Source: an uncultured Bacilli bacterium
GTDB lineage: Bacteria; Bacillota_I; Bacilli_A; RF39; UBA660
Assembly (NCBI GenBank): GCA_934101175.1
Contig: CAKOQC010000006.1
Coordinates: 7,292-71,291 of the forward strand
DNA: 64,000 bases
Direction: 5' to 3'
In this document: positions 27,603 through 37,597 of the stretch, in pieces
How positions within the stretch are numbered: the stretch's first letter is position 1
How the letters are laid out: every line of letters starts with the position of its first letter
Translations under genes and position numbers: made by a program
The notes under the pieces: model-generated
Database searches by the model: none
Seen by the model: only the letters and a program-made list of their open reading frames with translations
What the model was told of the DNA's origin: nothing

Positions 27603-29003
27603 ATGATTGAATATAGAAAAATAGCAAAATTTAGTTATAAGGGAAATACGTATCAACTATTAGTAGATAAAGATAATAAATATTTCTTTTTAAAAATTGA
27701 TAGTGATGGGGTATATTCATATGTAAGTATGGATGAGTATATGGCTTTTATCAACATTTTCTGTCGAAAGCCTAGTACAATGATGATTACTGATGAGAAA
27801 ACTGGAAGAAAAAGTAAACGACTTAAAGTTGTTCCTAAAGTTATTCTTGGTACAACTGCAGTAGTACTTTCAGCCACAGTAATAACAGCCGCTATTAATG
27901 ATGCTAAGTATGATAAAATAGTAGCAGAATATGCTAAGAATATGAGTGATTCTGAATACGTAGAAAATTCTATTCAAAAACATGTCTCTTTTTCAGTAGA
28001 AGATTCTCAAGAAGAACTAGTAGTAGATACAAAATTAGATTCAGCTTTTGATGATGATGTATATATATTTGATATGGAATACCTAGATGATTATCTAGAT
28101 TATAAAACTGCTAGTAAGGAAATGTTACTTAATGCTTTGGATAATAATACTAAGATTAGTGGACAATACAAGATATTAATGACAGAATTTATAGATAGTT
28201 TATGTGAGAAATATCCTGATGTAGATAAAAGAGTTTTATATGAAAATTTAAAAGGATTAGAAGTAGTAGAATGTTCAAAAGATGAATTAATGATGAAGAC
28301 ACTTAATGTTGATTCTTGTGCATGCTATGTAAGAAATGAAAATAAGATTTATACTTTAGAAAATTATAAATATGAAAAAGGAACATGGGAATATCAAATT
28401 ATATTCCATGAAATGGGACATGCACTTACTTGTGGTAATATTAAGGTAGGAGATAAAATGCTTAAAGTTACTAATTCAGGAAATGCATTATCATTGGTAA
28501 CGGTAGATGAAGCACTTAACTCAGTATTTGCAGTAAGTCTATTTGATTATGAAGAAAGAGATATAGCATATCAACTACAAAGTAACTATTGCAGTATCAT
28601 GGTAGAGTGTTTAGATAATTATTCACTAGCAGATTATGTTGATCATAGTTTAAGTTATTATGCTAAGAAGCTAGATGAACATAATGGAGATAATAATTAT
28701 GCCGTTACAATGTTAAATTTAATAGATACTCAATATAAAGATTATCATAGTGATGAGATAGAAATTGAACAAGAAGAATACTATCCAATATATGATTATA
28801 TTGCTGATATGTATTATATGAAATATATTACTCCAGGAATGTCTTATAGTGAAGCTAAACAAATAGCTGATACTTTAGTAGATAGAGTTATGTTTGATGT
28901 ACCTGAAGAATATAATATAGATACTAATAGATTTTATGTAGATTTAGATAAGCATTGTGAATTAGTAGGAATACCTGTAGTTAATAATAGTAGAAGTATG
29001 TAA
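27603..29003 (+). CDS. Membrane-anchored HExxH zinc-metallopeptidase-like protein
   Basis: It has one TM helix ('VILGTTAVVLSATVITAAI') after a ~80-aa cytoplasmic N-terminus. The extracytoplasmic domain carries 'IIFHEMGHALTCG'. It is divergent from essC. Confidence 0.4.
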   Translation: MIEYRKIAKFSYKGNTYQLLVDKDNKYFFLKIDSDGVYSYVSMDEYMAFINIFCRKPSTMMITDEKTGRKSKRLKVVPKVILGTTAVVLSATVITAAINDAKYDKIVAEYAKNMSDSEYVENSIQKHVSFSVEDSQEELVVDTKLDSAFDDDVYIFDMEYLDDYLDYKTASKEMLLNALDNNTKISGQYKILMTEFIDSLCEKYPDVDKRVLYENLKGLEVVECSKDELMMKTLNVDSCACYVRNENKIYTLENYKYEKGTWEYQIIFHEMGHALTCGNIKVGDKMLKVTNSGNALSLVTVDEALNSVFAVSLFDYEERDIAYQLQSNYCSIMVECLDNYSLADYVDHSLSYYAKKLDEHNGDNNYAVTMLNLIDTQYKDYHSDEIEIEQEEYYPIYDYIADMYYMKYITPGMSYSEAKQIADTLVDRVMFDVPEEYNIDTNRFYVDLDKHCELVGIPVVNNSRSM

Positions 29004-29037
29004 ATAAGAGATTATAGATATAAAATTACATTTTTTG

Positions 29038-29065
29038 TTGACAAATATATAACCTATGATATAAT
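29038..29065 (+). promoter_or_regulatory. Sigma-A-type promoter upstream of the GNAT gene
   Basis: TTGACA at 29038-29043 is followed by a 16-nt spacer and an extended -10 TGaTATAAT at 29057-29065. It is followed by a ~140-nt leader. Confidence 0.4.
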
Positions 29066-29212
29066 TGACTTAAGTTTTTGTGAGTATATATATGGTTTTT
29101 ACCTAGCTATATAGGGCAATTTGCTTACACGTAATAAAGATACGGAGTCACATACAAGGTGATTTCGTGTCTTTTTTATAGATATTAAAATTACCAGAAA
29201 GGAGTAATTAAA

Positions 29213-29773
29213 ATGAAATACTTTAAAAAAATCGTTGGAGATAGAGTATATTTATCACCAATAAGTACTGAAGATGCTATGCAATATGTAGAATGGTTAA
29301 GTGATTTTGAAACAGCTAAATATGTAGGTCAATATACTAGAATTCATACAATGGCTAATGAATTTGCCTGGATAAATGGTACTGGTAATAGCAATGAATA
29401 CAATTTTGCTATTATCGAAAAAGAAAGTGATAAGTTACTTGGTAATATTGGTTTAGTTAATATTAAAAATATTAATAGAACAGCAGAAATGGGAGTATTT
29501 ATCGGAGACAAGGAATACCTATCAAAAGGATATGGTAGTGAAGCTATAATGTTAATTCTTGATTATGGATTTAATTTTCTTAACTTGAATAACATTATGC
29601 TAAAGGCTTTTAGTTTTAACGAAAGAGCAATTAAGGCTTATGAAAAATGTGGATTTAAAATATTTGGAATATGGAAAGAAGCTGTTTACTTTAATGGTGA
29701 ATATGTAGATGATGTATATATGAATATTTTAAAGAAAGACTTTAATGCTAAGAAATTAAAAAAGACTATTTAA
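29213..29773 (+). CDS. GNAT family N-acetyltransferase (RimJ/RimL-like)
   Basis: 'NIGLVNIKNINRTAEMGVFIGDKEYLSKGYGSEAI' is a GNAT acetyl-CoA binding motif. Length is 186 aa. Confidence 0.8.
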   Translation: MKYFKKIVGDRVYLSPISTEDAMQYVEWLSDFETAKYVGQYTRIHTMANEFAWINGTGNSNEYNFAIIEKESDKLLGNIGLVNIKNINRTAEMGVFIGDKEYLSKGYGSEAIMLILDYGFNFLNLNNIMLKAFSFNERAIKAYEKCGFKIFGIWKEAVYFNGEYVDDVYMNILKKDFNAKKLKKTI

Positions 29774-29814
29774 TTAGTTTTATGATAGTTATCACTAAAC
29801 TAATTATAGTCTTT

Positions 29815-30501
29815 TTATTTTAGATAATAATTTACTTTTTTATTAGCATCAATAGTTAAAAGAAGGATATCTTCTTGTTTCTTACCAAGAACTTTTAGTT
29901 CATGACTTAACCACTTATCAGTTACTTTAGCTAGAGGAAAGTTCTCTTTAACAACTTCGCCATCAATAATAATATTATAGACAAGTCCTGGATTAATAGT
30001 TTTAATATTTATATCTTTTTTAGTAGCAGGTTTTTCTTTTTCAAATGGCTCAAAACTTATTTTACCATTAGCTTCTAAATAAGCATTATTTATTTCTTCT
30101 AAGTGGAAGTAGCCTATGATTCTAGCTTCTCTTTCTAAAATATTTACTGTTATTTTATTCTTTCTCATATTTTCTTTATTTAGTTTACCATTTGAAATAA
30201 GAATAGTTTCAGTACCATCAAAAAAGTTTCTTAACTTAATACTTTTTAAACTTATATAAGATATAGCTATAGAAGTAAGACAATATATTAAAAGAGAGAT
30301 TAGACCTCCTAGAAGATTTTTTTCAATATCTAGAGAAATATCTGCTACAATAGAACCAATAGTAATACCAGTAATATAGTCAAACATATTCATTTGAGAA
30401 ACTTGTTTTTTACCGAGAAGTTTAAAAAGAAAGAAAATAATTATTAAGACAAGAATTGTTCTTAATACGATATGTAATAATTCATTCATATGATTCACCA
30501 T
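29815..30501 (-). CDS. DUF421/YetF-family membrane protein
   Basis: It has three N-terminal TM helices followed by a soluble domain, with 'MFDYITGITIGS' typical of DUF421. Confidence 0.55.
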   Translation of the reverse strand: MVNHMNELLHIVLRTILVLIIIFFLFKLLGKKQVSQMNMFDYITGITIGSIVADISLDIEKNLLGGLISLLIYCLTSIAISYISLKSIKLRNFFDGTETILISNGKLNKENMRKNKITVNILEREARIIGYFHLEEINNAYLEANGKISFEPFEKEKPATKKDINIKTINPGLVYNIIIDGEVVKENFPLAKVTDKWLSHELKVLGKKQEDILLLTIDANKKVNYYLK

Positions 30502-30556
30502 GATTATTATTGACTAAAAAAGAATACCTATACAGATTATCAGGTATTCTTTAGTA

Positions 30557-33100
30557 TTATTTTAATTTTTCTAAAATTTCAGCTAATTTACTTTCTTCTT
30601 TAGCTAGATTAGTGCGATCTAATTCTACTACATTAGCAGGAGCTTTATTAACATAATTTTCATTAGATAAAAGCTTCTTTCTTCTTTCAATAGAACTAAT
30701 TAATTTTTCTTTAGCATTTTCAAGAAGAAGTTTTTCTTCAGTATGATCTACTTCATCATTATATAGAATATCTAGAGAAAGATTATCTAACTTGACAGTT
30801 TCTTTTAAAGAATATTCATTAGTAGTAGTTATCTTGTCTGTTAATTTTAACATATTAATAATTAAAGTAGATAACCCAGAATCTTTTATATGATTAATAA
30901 CTTTAAAGTCTTTAATATTTAAATCTTTCCTCTTATTTCTAAATAAAGTAATAAAGTCAATAGCAGTATCTATTTCTATAGTACTAAAATGATACTTTTT
31001 ATTATATTCTGGATATGATGATATCATAATAGATTCGGCATCTTTTACAGGAAGAGAATTATATAATTCATCAGTTACAAATGGCATAAATGGAGATAAC
31101 ATTTTAAGAATACCAGTTAGAACATAACATAAAGTTGACTTAGTAGAAAGATCATTAATAGTAAACTTAGACATTTCTATATAATTATCACAGAAATTAG
31201 ACCATGTAAATGAATATATAACATTAGCAGCATTATTAAATTCATATTTTTCCATATATTTAGTTACTGTTTTAATAGTTTCTTCATATTTAGATAAAAT
31301 CCATTTATCAGCAATATTTAAATTATCTAGATTAATTTCTTTTAAAGATTCAATATTTAGAAGAGTAAATCTAGTAGCGTTCCATAATTTATTGATAAAG
31401 TTCCAAGTAGATTTAATTTTTTCTTCATCAAAACGAATATCAGTACCATTAGCAGCAGTAGTAGTTAGATAATATCTTAAAGAGTCTGCTCCGTATGTAG
31501 AACACATATCCATAGGATCTACTCCGTTACCTAGAGATTTAGAGAATTTTCTTCCTAATTTATCTCTGATAAGGCCATGAATTAGACAGTCTTTAAATGG
31601 ACGATGTCCAGTGAACTCTAATGATTGGAAAGTCATACGATTAACCCAGAAAGGAATGATGTCATATCCTGTTACTAAGCAATTATTAGGGAAATATCTT
31701 TCCATATCGGTTGTTTTTTCAGGCCATCCTAATGTTGAGAAAGGCCATAAGGCTGATGAGAACCATGTATCTAGAACATCTGGATCTTGAACCCAGCCTT
31801 CTCCTTTTGGAGCTTCCATACCACAATAGATTTCTTCACCACGATACCATACTGGAATACGATGTCCCCACCATAATTGACGAGAAATACACCAATCATA
31901 TGTAATTTCCATCCAGTGATTCATAATCTTTTCAAATCTTGCTGGTACAAAGTTTACTTTAGTATCCTTATTCTTTTGATTATCAAGAACAGCATCTGCT
32001 AAAGGACGCATTTTTACAAACCATTGTTTTGATAAGTATGGTTCTACAACAGCATCACTTCTTTCAGAATGTCCTACAGAGTGAGTCATTTCTTCAATGC
32101 TGATAAGTAGATTTTGGTCTTGTAAATCTTTTAAAAGCTCTTCACGACACTTTTCTCTTGTCATACCTTGATATTTGCCTGTTAATTCATTCATAGTAGC
32201 ATCAGGATTCATAATAACAATTCTTTCTAGATTGTGGCGAAGACCTACTTCAAAGTCATTAGGATCATGAGCAGGAGTAATTTTAACTACACCGGTACCA
32301 AATTCTGGATCAGCATGTTCATCTGTAATAATTGGAATAGGTTTATTCATTATTGGTAAAATAGCATTCTTACCTACATATTTAGCATATCTTTCATCTT
32401 TAGGATTGACTGCTACAGCGGTATCTCCGAATAGGGTTTCTGGTCTAGTAGTAGCAACATCTAAGTATTCATCAGTTCCTTCAATATAGTATTTTAAATG
32501 ATAGAAAGCACCTTTATCTTCTTTATAGATAACTTCTTCACTTGATAAGGCTGTTTGTTGAACGGGATCCCAGTTAATAATTCTTTCTCCACGATAGATT
32601 AAACCTTTATTATATAAATCTACGAAAACTTTTCTTACAGCATAATTTAATCCTTCGTCTAAGGTAAATCTTTCTTTAGTATAATCAAGACTTAGGCCTA
32701 GTCTAGCCCACTGAGTATGAATAGTATTAGCATATTCTTCTTTCCATGACCAAGCATGTTTTAACCACTCTTCTCTAGTTAGACTACGAGGATTAATTCC
32801 TTCACTGCGAAGACGAGCATCTACTTTGGCTTGGGTAGCAATACCAGCATGATCCATACCAGGAAGCCACAAACAATCAAAGCCTTTCATACGTTTATAT
32901 CTAATAATAATATCTTGAATAGCAGTATCCCAAGCATGTCCTAAATGTAATTTACCAGTAACATTTGGGGGAGGAATAACAATACAGTAAGGTTCTTTAG
33001 AAAGATCTCCAGAATTAAAGTATCCGGCTTCTTTCCATTTTTCATATTTATCTTTTTCTACTTCTAAATGATTATATTTTTTATCTAACATTCTTATCAT
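30557..33100 (-). CDS. valS: Valine--tRNA ligase
   Basis: Class I HIGH motif is 'PPNVTGKLHLGHAW' and KMSKS is 'KFSKSLGNGVDP'. Length is 847 aa. It has the ValRS C-terminal coiled coil and an upstream T-box leader. Confidence 0.9.
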   Translation of the reverse strand: MIRMLDKKYNHLEVEKDKYEKWKEAGYFNSGDLSKEPYCIVIPPPNVTGKLHLGHAWDTAIQDIIIRYKRMKGFDCLWLPGMDHAGIATQAKVDARLRSEGINPRSLTREEWLKHAWSWKEEYANTIHTQWARLGLSLDYTKERFTLDEGLNYAVRKVFVDLYNKGLIYRGERIINWDPVQQTALSSEEVIYKEDKGAFYHLKYYIEGTDEYLDVATTRPETLFGDTAVAVNPKDERYAKYVGKNAILPIMNKPIPIITDEHADPEFGTGVVKITPAHDPNDFEVGLRHNLERIVIMNPDATMNELTGKYQGMTREKCREELLKDLQDQNLLISIEEMTHSVGHSERSDAVVEPYLSKQWFVKMRPLADAVLDNQKNKDTKVNFVPARFEKIMNHWMEITYDWCISRQLWWGHRIPVWYRGEEIYCGMEAPKGEGWVQDPDVLDTWFSSALWPFSTLGWPEKTTDMERYFPNNCLVTGYDIIPFWVNRMTFQSLEFTGHRPFKDCLIHGLIRDKLGRKFSKSLGNGVDPMDMCSTYGADSLRYYLTTTAANGTDIRFDEEKIKSTWNFINKLWNATRFTLLNIESLKEINLDNLNIADKWILSKYEETIKTVTKYMEKYEFNNAANVIYSFTWSNFCDNYIEMSKFTINDLSTKSTLCYVLTGILKMLSPFMPFVTDELYNSLPVKDAESIMISSYPEYNKKYHFSTIEIDTAIDFITLFRNKRKDLNIKDFKVINHIKDSGLSTLIINMLKLTDKITTTNEYSLKETVKLDNLSLDILYNDEVDHTEEKLLLENAKEKLISSIERRKKLLSNENYVNKAPANVVELDRTNLAKEESKLAEILEKLK

Positions 33101-33104
33101 CCTT

Positions 33105-33395
33105 TCATTATTCTTATATAGATTAATATAAGATTTCTAAAAATAAAAAAGTCTATAATGAAAGGGCGAATTACCGTGGTACCACCTTTCTTATAGACTT
33201 ATCTATCACTCAATACTTTAACGCAGTTAACGCTTTATCCTACTAATGATTCAGATAAAGAACTCACGAGCTACCTTCAGATATATTAATTATTAGTTTA
33301 CACCAGACACTAACTCTCTTTAAATTAATAATACCCTACTCCTCTCGGTCTTGGTTTTTGATATGTATGTATTATATCACAATAAAGTCAAAATG
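33105..33395 (-). promoter_or_regulatory. T-box riboswitch leader of valS, with intrinsic terminator
   Basis: The minus strand contains 'gaaaggtggtaccacggtaattcgccc', the T-box 'AAnnGGGTGGtACCgCG' core. It is embedded in a terminator hairpin (gtctataa...ttatagac, 33141-33188) followed by a U-run. Confidence 0.7.
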
Positions 33396-33401
33396 CAAGT
33401 A

Positions 33402-34151
33402 TTAATTTACTATTTTCTTTTTAATATAACTATTTAAAACGACTTCAATTTGTTTGAAGAATTTTTCTATTTTACGATCTTCAAAGATTAAAGAATCAAT
33501 AATCTTATTAATATAACCTTTTTCTTCAATTAAAGAATAACTTATAGAATAATTAAGACCAAACAAATTAGAAAGACTTATTAGAATATTATCAGCATTA
33601 TTATCAGACATCTTTTTATTGACAGGAATAAATAATTTAAAATCATTATATACAAGAGTACTAGGATACTCATCAATACGATTATCAATATATGGATAAT
33701 TTATAACCATACGTAATTCTTCAATACGATGAACATCTTTCATAATATTACAAATAATAGTAGTCTTCTCATCAATGTTTTGAGGTAACTTATCTTTGTT
33801 GTGGCAAAAGATGGCTAACTTAATAATATTATCATATTTAGTTTCCTCAGTTATCTTTCTAATTAGACCATCGTCAAATAAAATTTCAATAGACTTCATA
33901 GTACTATCTTCTTCAATATTATCTAAATAATTATAATTCTTTTGTTCAAAATTACCAATATCATGAAACAACGCTATTAACTCGATTACCACTATTTCTT
34001 CTTCAGAAAAGATAGCAAAACTAGTAGCAATGGTCTTAGCTAAATCCATTGATTTTAAAGAATGAAAATACTTAGCTTTAGACCAGGTATTATTCATATC
34101 TATATTTTTCATATATTCATCAAAATATCTTAATAATCTACTACTTCTCAT
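33402..34151 (-). CDS. HD-domain phosphohydrolase
   Basis: It has the 'LIALFHDIGNF' HD motif. Confidence 0.6.
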   Translation of the reverse strand: MRSSRLLRYFDEYMKNIDMNNTWSKAKYFHSLKSMDLAKTIATSFAIFSEEEIVVIELIALFHDIGNFEQKNYNYLDNIEEDSTMKSIEILFDDGLIRKITEETKYDNIIKLAIFCHNKDKLPQNIDEKTTIICNIMKDVHRIEELRMVINYPYIDNRIDEYPSTLVYNDFKLFIPVNKKMSDNNADNILISLSNLFGLNYSISYSLIEEKGYINKIIDSLIFEDRKIEKFFKQIEVVLNSYIKKKIVN

Positions 34152-34521
34152 AGAATTCCTCTTTCAACTTATATTTATATTATATTTTATCTTTATTTAT
34201 ATAGTATCTATCTTTATTTATATGTTTTATGAGTAAATTCTTAGTTAAAATTTATATATAAATTTGGAATATAGATACTTAACTATAGGCTTATTTAATA
34301 ACTAAACTACTGGTAAAATTTAGTAAATACCAGTCCTTGTATATTTTTAGTTATATTTAGTATATTACAAATATTCATATTTTTCAATAATTTTTAGAAA
34401 AAGAAATAAGAAAAAATTACCATTTTTTGGTAAAATTCTTACCAAGTATGGTAATATTTTGATAATGAATGAAATATTGGGTTCGATTTTATTATAATTG
34501 TTTTGTAATGGAGGTAGTTTT

Positions 34522-34860
34522 ATGGATTTAGGAAGCAAAATCAAGAACATTAGATATAATAATAATGTTAGTCAAGATGAAATGGCTCGCATTCTTAAAA
34601 TTAATAGAAATTATTTATCTAGAATTGAAACAAATAAATCTTTACCAACTGCTGAAGTGTTAACAAGATTGGCAGAGGCTTTCAATATCAGTATTGATTC
34701 ACTTCTTGGAATTAATCTAGATGGTAAAGACGGTGCAGAAACTAAACTAAATAAGATTAAGAAAATTAATCAATATTGTTCATATCTTTCTAACTCTGAA
34801 TTAGATTTTGTTATTAATATGTTATGTGTTATGACAAATAATTCAAGAATTAAGATGTAA
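34522..34860 (+). CDS. XRE-family helix-turn-helix transcriptional regulator
   Basis: 'SQDEMARILKINRNYLSRIETNKSLPTAEVLTRLAEAF' is an HTH_3 (XRE) motif. The start is moved to the Met after the RBS 'ggagg'. Confidence 0.7.
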   Translation: MDLGSKIKNIRYNNNVSQDEMARILKINRNYLSRIETNKSLPTAEVLTRLAEAFNISIDSLLGINLDGKDGAETKLNKIKKINQYCSYLSNSELDFVINMLCVMTNNSRIKM

Positions 34861-35010
34861 TAATGGGGGAATATATTTTTAGAACATCTATAGAATTATG
34901 GATGTTTTTTAATTATAAATATTAATAATTGTCTTGATAAAGGATCTTTTGCTATTAGTAAGGGAATAAAGTTAAGATAATTTGTGATATAATTAAATAG
35001 AGGTGAAAAA

Positions 35011-36360
35011 ATGAAGATTAAAGATATTATAGAAGTTTGTCATGGAGAATTAATATCTGGAGATATAAATATTAAATGTAAAAATTTTACTAAAGATACA
35101 CGTACTATTTTAGAAGGAGATATATATGTAGGTATCAAGGGAGAAGTATATGATGGAAATACTTTTTATAAAGAGGCTTTTAATAAAGGAGCAATAGCTT
35201 GTATTTTAGATAACAAAGAAGTAATAAAGAATGTTAAAGATAATGAGACAATTATTTTAGTTGAGGACACTATTAAAGCTTTAGCAGAGTTAGCTAAATA
35301 CAAGAGAAGTATGTATAATATACCAGTAATAGCTGTTACAGGTAGTGTTGGTAAAACATCTGTTAAAGATATGATATATAGCGTTGTTAAAACACAATAC
35401 AAAACATTATGTACAAAAGGAAATTTGAATAATCATATAGGAGTTCCACTTACAATATTAGGTCTTGATAAACATGAAGCATTAATAGTAGAAATGGGAA
35501 TGAATCATTTTAATGAATTACATGTATTATCTAATATAGCTAAACCTACTATTGCAGTAATTACTAATATAGGAACTGCTCATATAGGAAATCTTGGTAG
35601 TAGGGAAAATATTCTTAAAGCTAAACTAGAAGTATTAGATGGAATGAATAATGGAACATTAATTATTAATAATGATAATGATATGTTAAGAACTGTTAAA
35701 TATGATAATTTAATTACAATAGGAATAGATAATAAGAGTGATTATATGGCTCATGATATAGAAATGAAGGCTTTTTCTTCAGAATTTTATATTAATGATA
35801 AGTATGTATCTTTACCAGTAGGAAGTAATGCTTTTATATATAATGCTTTATTTGCTTATGCTGTAGGTAGAAAAGTAGGTATAAGTGAGGAAAATATTAT
35901 TAAAGCACTAGAGACATTTAAACTTAGTCCTCATAGATTAGAAATGATTCATACTGATGAGTATACTATTATCGATGATACTTATAATGCTAGTTTAGAT
36001 TCTGTTAAAAATTCTTTAGGACTTCTTTCTAAGGTAGATGGAAGACGAGTATTTATTTTTGCAGATATATTAGAAGTGGATAGTTATGGAGAAGAGATAC
36101 ATAAAAATGTAGGTCTAGCTTGTGTAGATGATGATATTGATGTAGTTATCTGTGTTGGTAAATTAGCTAAATATACATATGAAATAATAAAAGATAATGA
36201 TAAAGAATGTTATTACTTTGATGATAATGATAAATTAATTCAAGAAATAGATAAGATTATTAAGAAAGATGATACTATACTAATAAAGGGGTCTCATTCA
36301 ATGAATTTATTAGAGATTGTTAACTATTTGGAGGGTAAAAATAATGGAGAGAATTTATAA
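35011..36360 (+). CDS. murF: UDP-N-acetylmuramoyl-tripeptide--D-alanyl-D-alanine ligase
   Basis: 'IAVTGSVGKTSVKDM' (P-loop), 'EMGMNHFNEL' and 'DDTYNAS' are Mur ligase motifs in the MurF arrangement. Confidence 0.85.
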   Translation: MKIKDIIEVCHGELISGDINIKCKNFTKDTRTILEGDIYVGIKGEVYDGNTFYKEAFNKGAIACILDNKEVIKNVKDNETIILVEDTIKALAELAKYKRSMYNIPVIAVTGSVGKTSVKDMIYSVVKTQYKTLCTKGNLNNHIGVPLTILGLDKHEALIVEMGMNHFNELHVLSNIAKPTIAVITNIGTAHIGNLGSRENILKAKLEVLDGMNNGTLIINNDNDMLRTVKYDNLITIGIDNKSDYMAHDIEMKAFSSEFYINDKYVSLPVGSNAFIYNALFAYAVGRKVGISEENIIKALETFKLSPHRLEMIHTDEYTIIDDTYNASLDSVKNSLGLLSKVDGRRVFIFADILEVDSYGEEIHKNVGLACVDDDIDVVICVGKLAKYTYEIIKDNDKECYYFDDNDKLIQEIDKIIKKDDTILIKGSHSMNLLEIVNYLEGKNNGENL

Positions 36361-36673
36361 CAAGTTAGTAAGAGATAATATACCTGAGAAAATTAAGGGT
36401 AATGGAGAGATGCCAATAATTAGAACTCTTTCTGATTACGAATATAAGATAGAATTAGAGAAAAAGTTATATGAAGAATACTTGGAAGTTATTGATGCTA
36501 AGGGTGAAGATAGATTAGAAGAATTAGCTGATATGTTAGAAGTAATTAAAGCGTTAGCTATTACAGATGGATATAGTTTTGAAGATATTATTAACTCTGC
36601 TAAAGAAAAAGCTCACAAAAGAGGAGCATTTAAAGAAAAAATATTTTTAGAAAAAGTTGTTGTTAATGATTAA
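36344..36673 (+). CDS. MazG-like nucleoside triphosphate pyrophosphohydrolase domain protein
   Basis: It has 'YNKLVRDNIPE' and 'EELADMLEVIKALA', the EExxE/D metal motifs of the MazG/HisE fold. It overlaps the murF 3' end. Confidence 0.55.
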   Translation: MERIYNKLVRDNIPEKIKGNGEMPIIRTLSDYEYKIELEKKLYEEYLEVIDAKGEDRLEELADMLEVIKALAITDGYSFEDIINSAKEKAHKRGAFKEKIFLEKVVVND

Positions 36674-36701
36674 GAAGAATAAAATGATTTAGTGAAAAGA
36701 A

Positions 36702-36734
36702 AAAGCAATCTCAAAATGAAGATTGCTTTTATAT
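36702..36734 (+). terminator. Rho-independent terminator after the murF/MazG-like genes
   Basis: The hairpin is 'aaagcaatct-caaaatgaa-gattgctttt', followed by a T-run. Confidence 0.5.
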
Positions 36735-36789
36735 ATTCAGTCCGGTAATCAGACATAATTTCAAACTTGACCAATTGAATTGTTGAAAT

Positions 36790-36816
36790 CAAAAAAAACA
36801 CAACAAGTGTGTTTCT
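36790..36816 (-). terminator. Terminator downstream of tRNA-His
   Basis: The minus strand reads 'aaacacacttgttgtgtttttttt': a hairpin followed by a U-run. Confidence 0.45.
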
Positions 36817-36901
36817 TAATTAAGAACATTTAATACTATCGAGCAAGATTTTAATTAAATATTCATATCTAAAACATTAAAATAATGTTTTATTCAATTA
36901 A

Positions 36902-36979
36902 TGGGACGGATTGTGGGAATCGAACCCACGCATGTTGGAACCACAATCCAATGTGTTAACCACTTCACCAAATCCGCCA
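36902..36979 (-). tRNA. tRNA-His (anticodon GTG) with the extra 5' G(-1)
   Basis: The minus strand reads 'GGCGGATTTGGTGAAGTGGTTAACACATTGGATTGTGGTTCCAACATGCGTGGGTTCGATTCCCACAATCCGTCCCA'. The anticodon loop is 'TTGTGGT', the T-arm is GGTTCGATTCC, and it ends in CCA. Confidence 0.85.
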
Positions 36980-36990
36980 GTACGTTTGTA

Positions 36991-37019
36991 ATTATATCAG
37001 TAATAAAATGATTTGTCAA
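36991..37019 (-). promoter_or_regulatory. Consensus sigma-A promoter driving tRNA-His
   Basis: The minus strand reads TTGACA, a 17-nt spacer, then TATAAT ('ttgacaaatcattttattactgatataat'). Confidence 0.6.
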
Positions 37020-37024
37020 TTGTT

Positions 37025-37567
37025 TTATTTAAGAAATATAATAATAGCAATAATTATCAAAATAATACCACCGATAGTTTTAGAATATGTACCTACTTTT
37101 TTACCAAGAATATTACCAAGAATTAGTCCTAGATAAGTAAATATAAAACTTGTTATAGAGAAAGTTATAGCAGATAGAAAATAATTATTAGTTAGAGCTT
37201 TTAGGCCTATTCCTACGGAGAGACTATCAATACTAACAGAAAGACCAAACATAAGAAATCCTACTAGACTTATAAGAAGTTTATCTTCTTCCTTGTAATT
37301 AGAAATTATTAAATCAATACCTATATATACTAAGATAATAGAAGCTATTATATCAATACTTATAAAATTTATTTTGCTTATTAAGAAACCAAATTCTAAG
37401 CCAATTAAAGGCATAATGAAATGATAAATACCTACTATTAAAGAGAGAATTATCTTGTCCTTAGAATTTAGATTAGACATACCATAAATAAGAGCTAAAG
37501 AAAAAGCATCCATACTTAAACTAATAGCAATTAAAAAAATAGTAAGAAAAGAGTTCATAGTATTCAC
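37025..37567 (-). CDS. mntP: Manganese efflux pump MntP (DUF204)
   Basis: It has six TM helices and the signature 'SLSMDAFSLAL'. Confidence 0.75.
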   Translation of the reverse strand: MNTMNSFLTIFLIAISLSMDAFSLALIYGMSNLNSKDKIILSLIVGIYHFIMPLIGLEFGFLISKINFISIDIIASIILVYIGIDLIISNYKEEDKLLISLVGFLMFGLSVSIDSLSVGIGLKALTNNYFLSAITFSITSFIFTYLGLILGNILGKKVGTYSKTIGGIILIIIAIIIFLK

Positions 37568-37597
37568 CTATTTAATATTACTCTTTGACTCACTATT

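Noticed and set aside
27603-29003. Considered as the missing EssB/YukC of the T7SS
   Set aside because: It has no pseudokinase-like N-terminal domain and carries an HExxH metallopeptidase motif instead. The architecture does not match EssB.
34365-34550. 61-aa minus-strand ORF upstream of the XRE regulator
   Set aside because: It lies in the AT-rich promoter region and overlaps the XRE gene start. It has no RBS or conservation signal and is likely non-coding.
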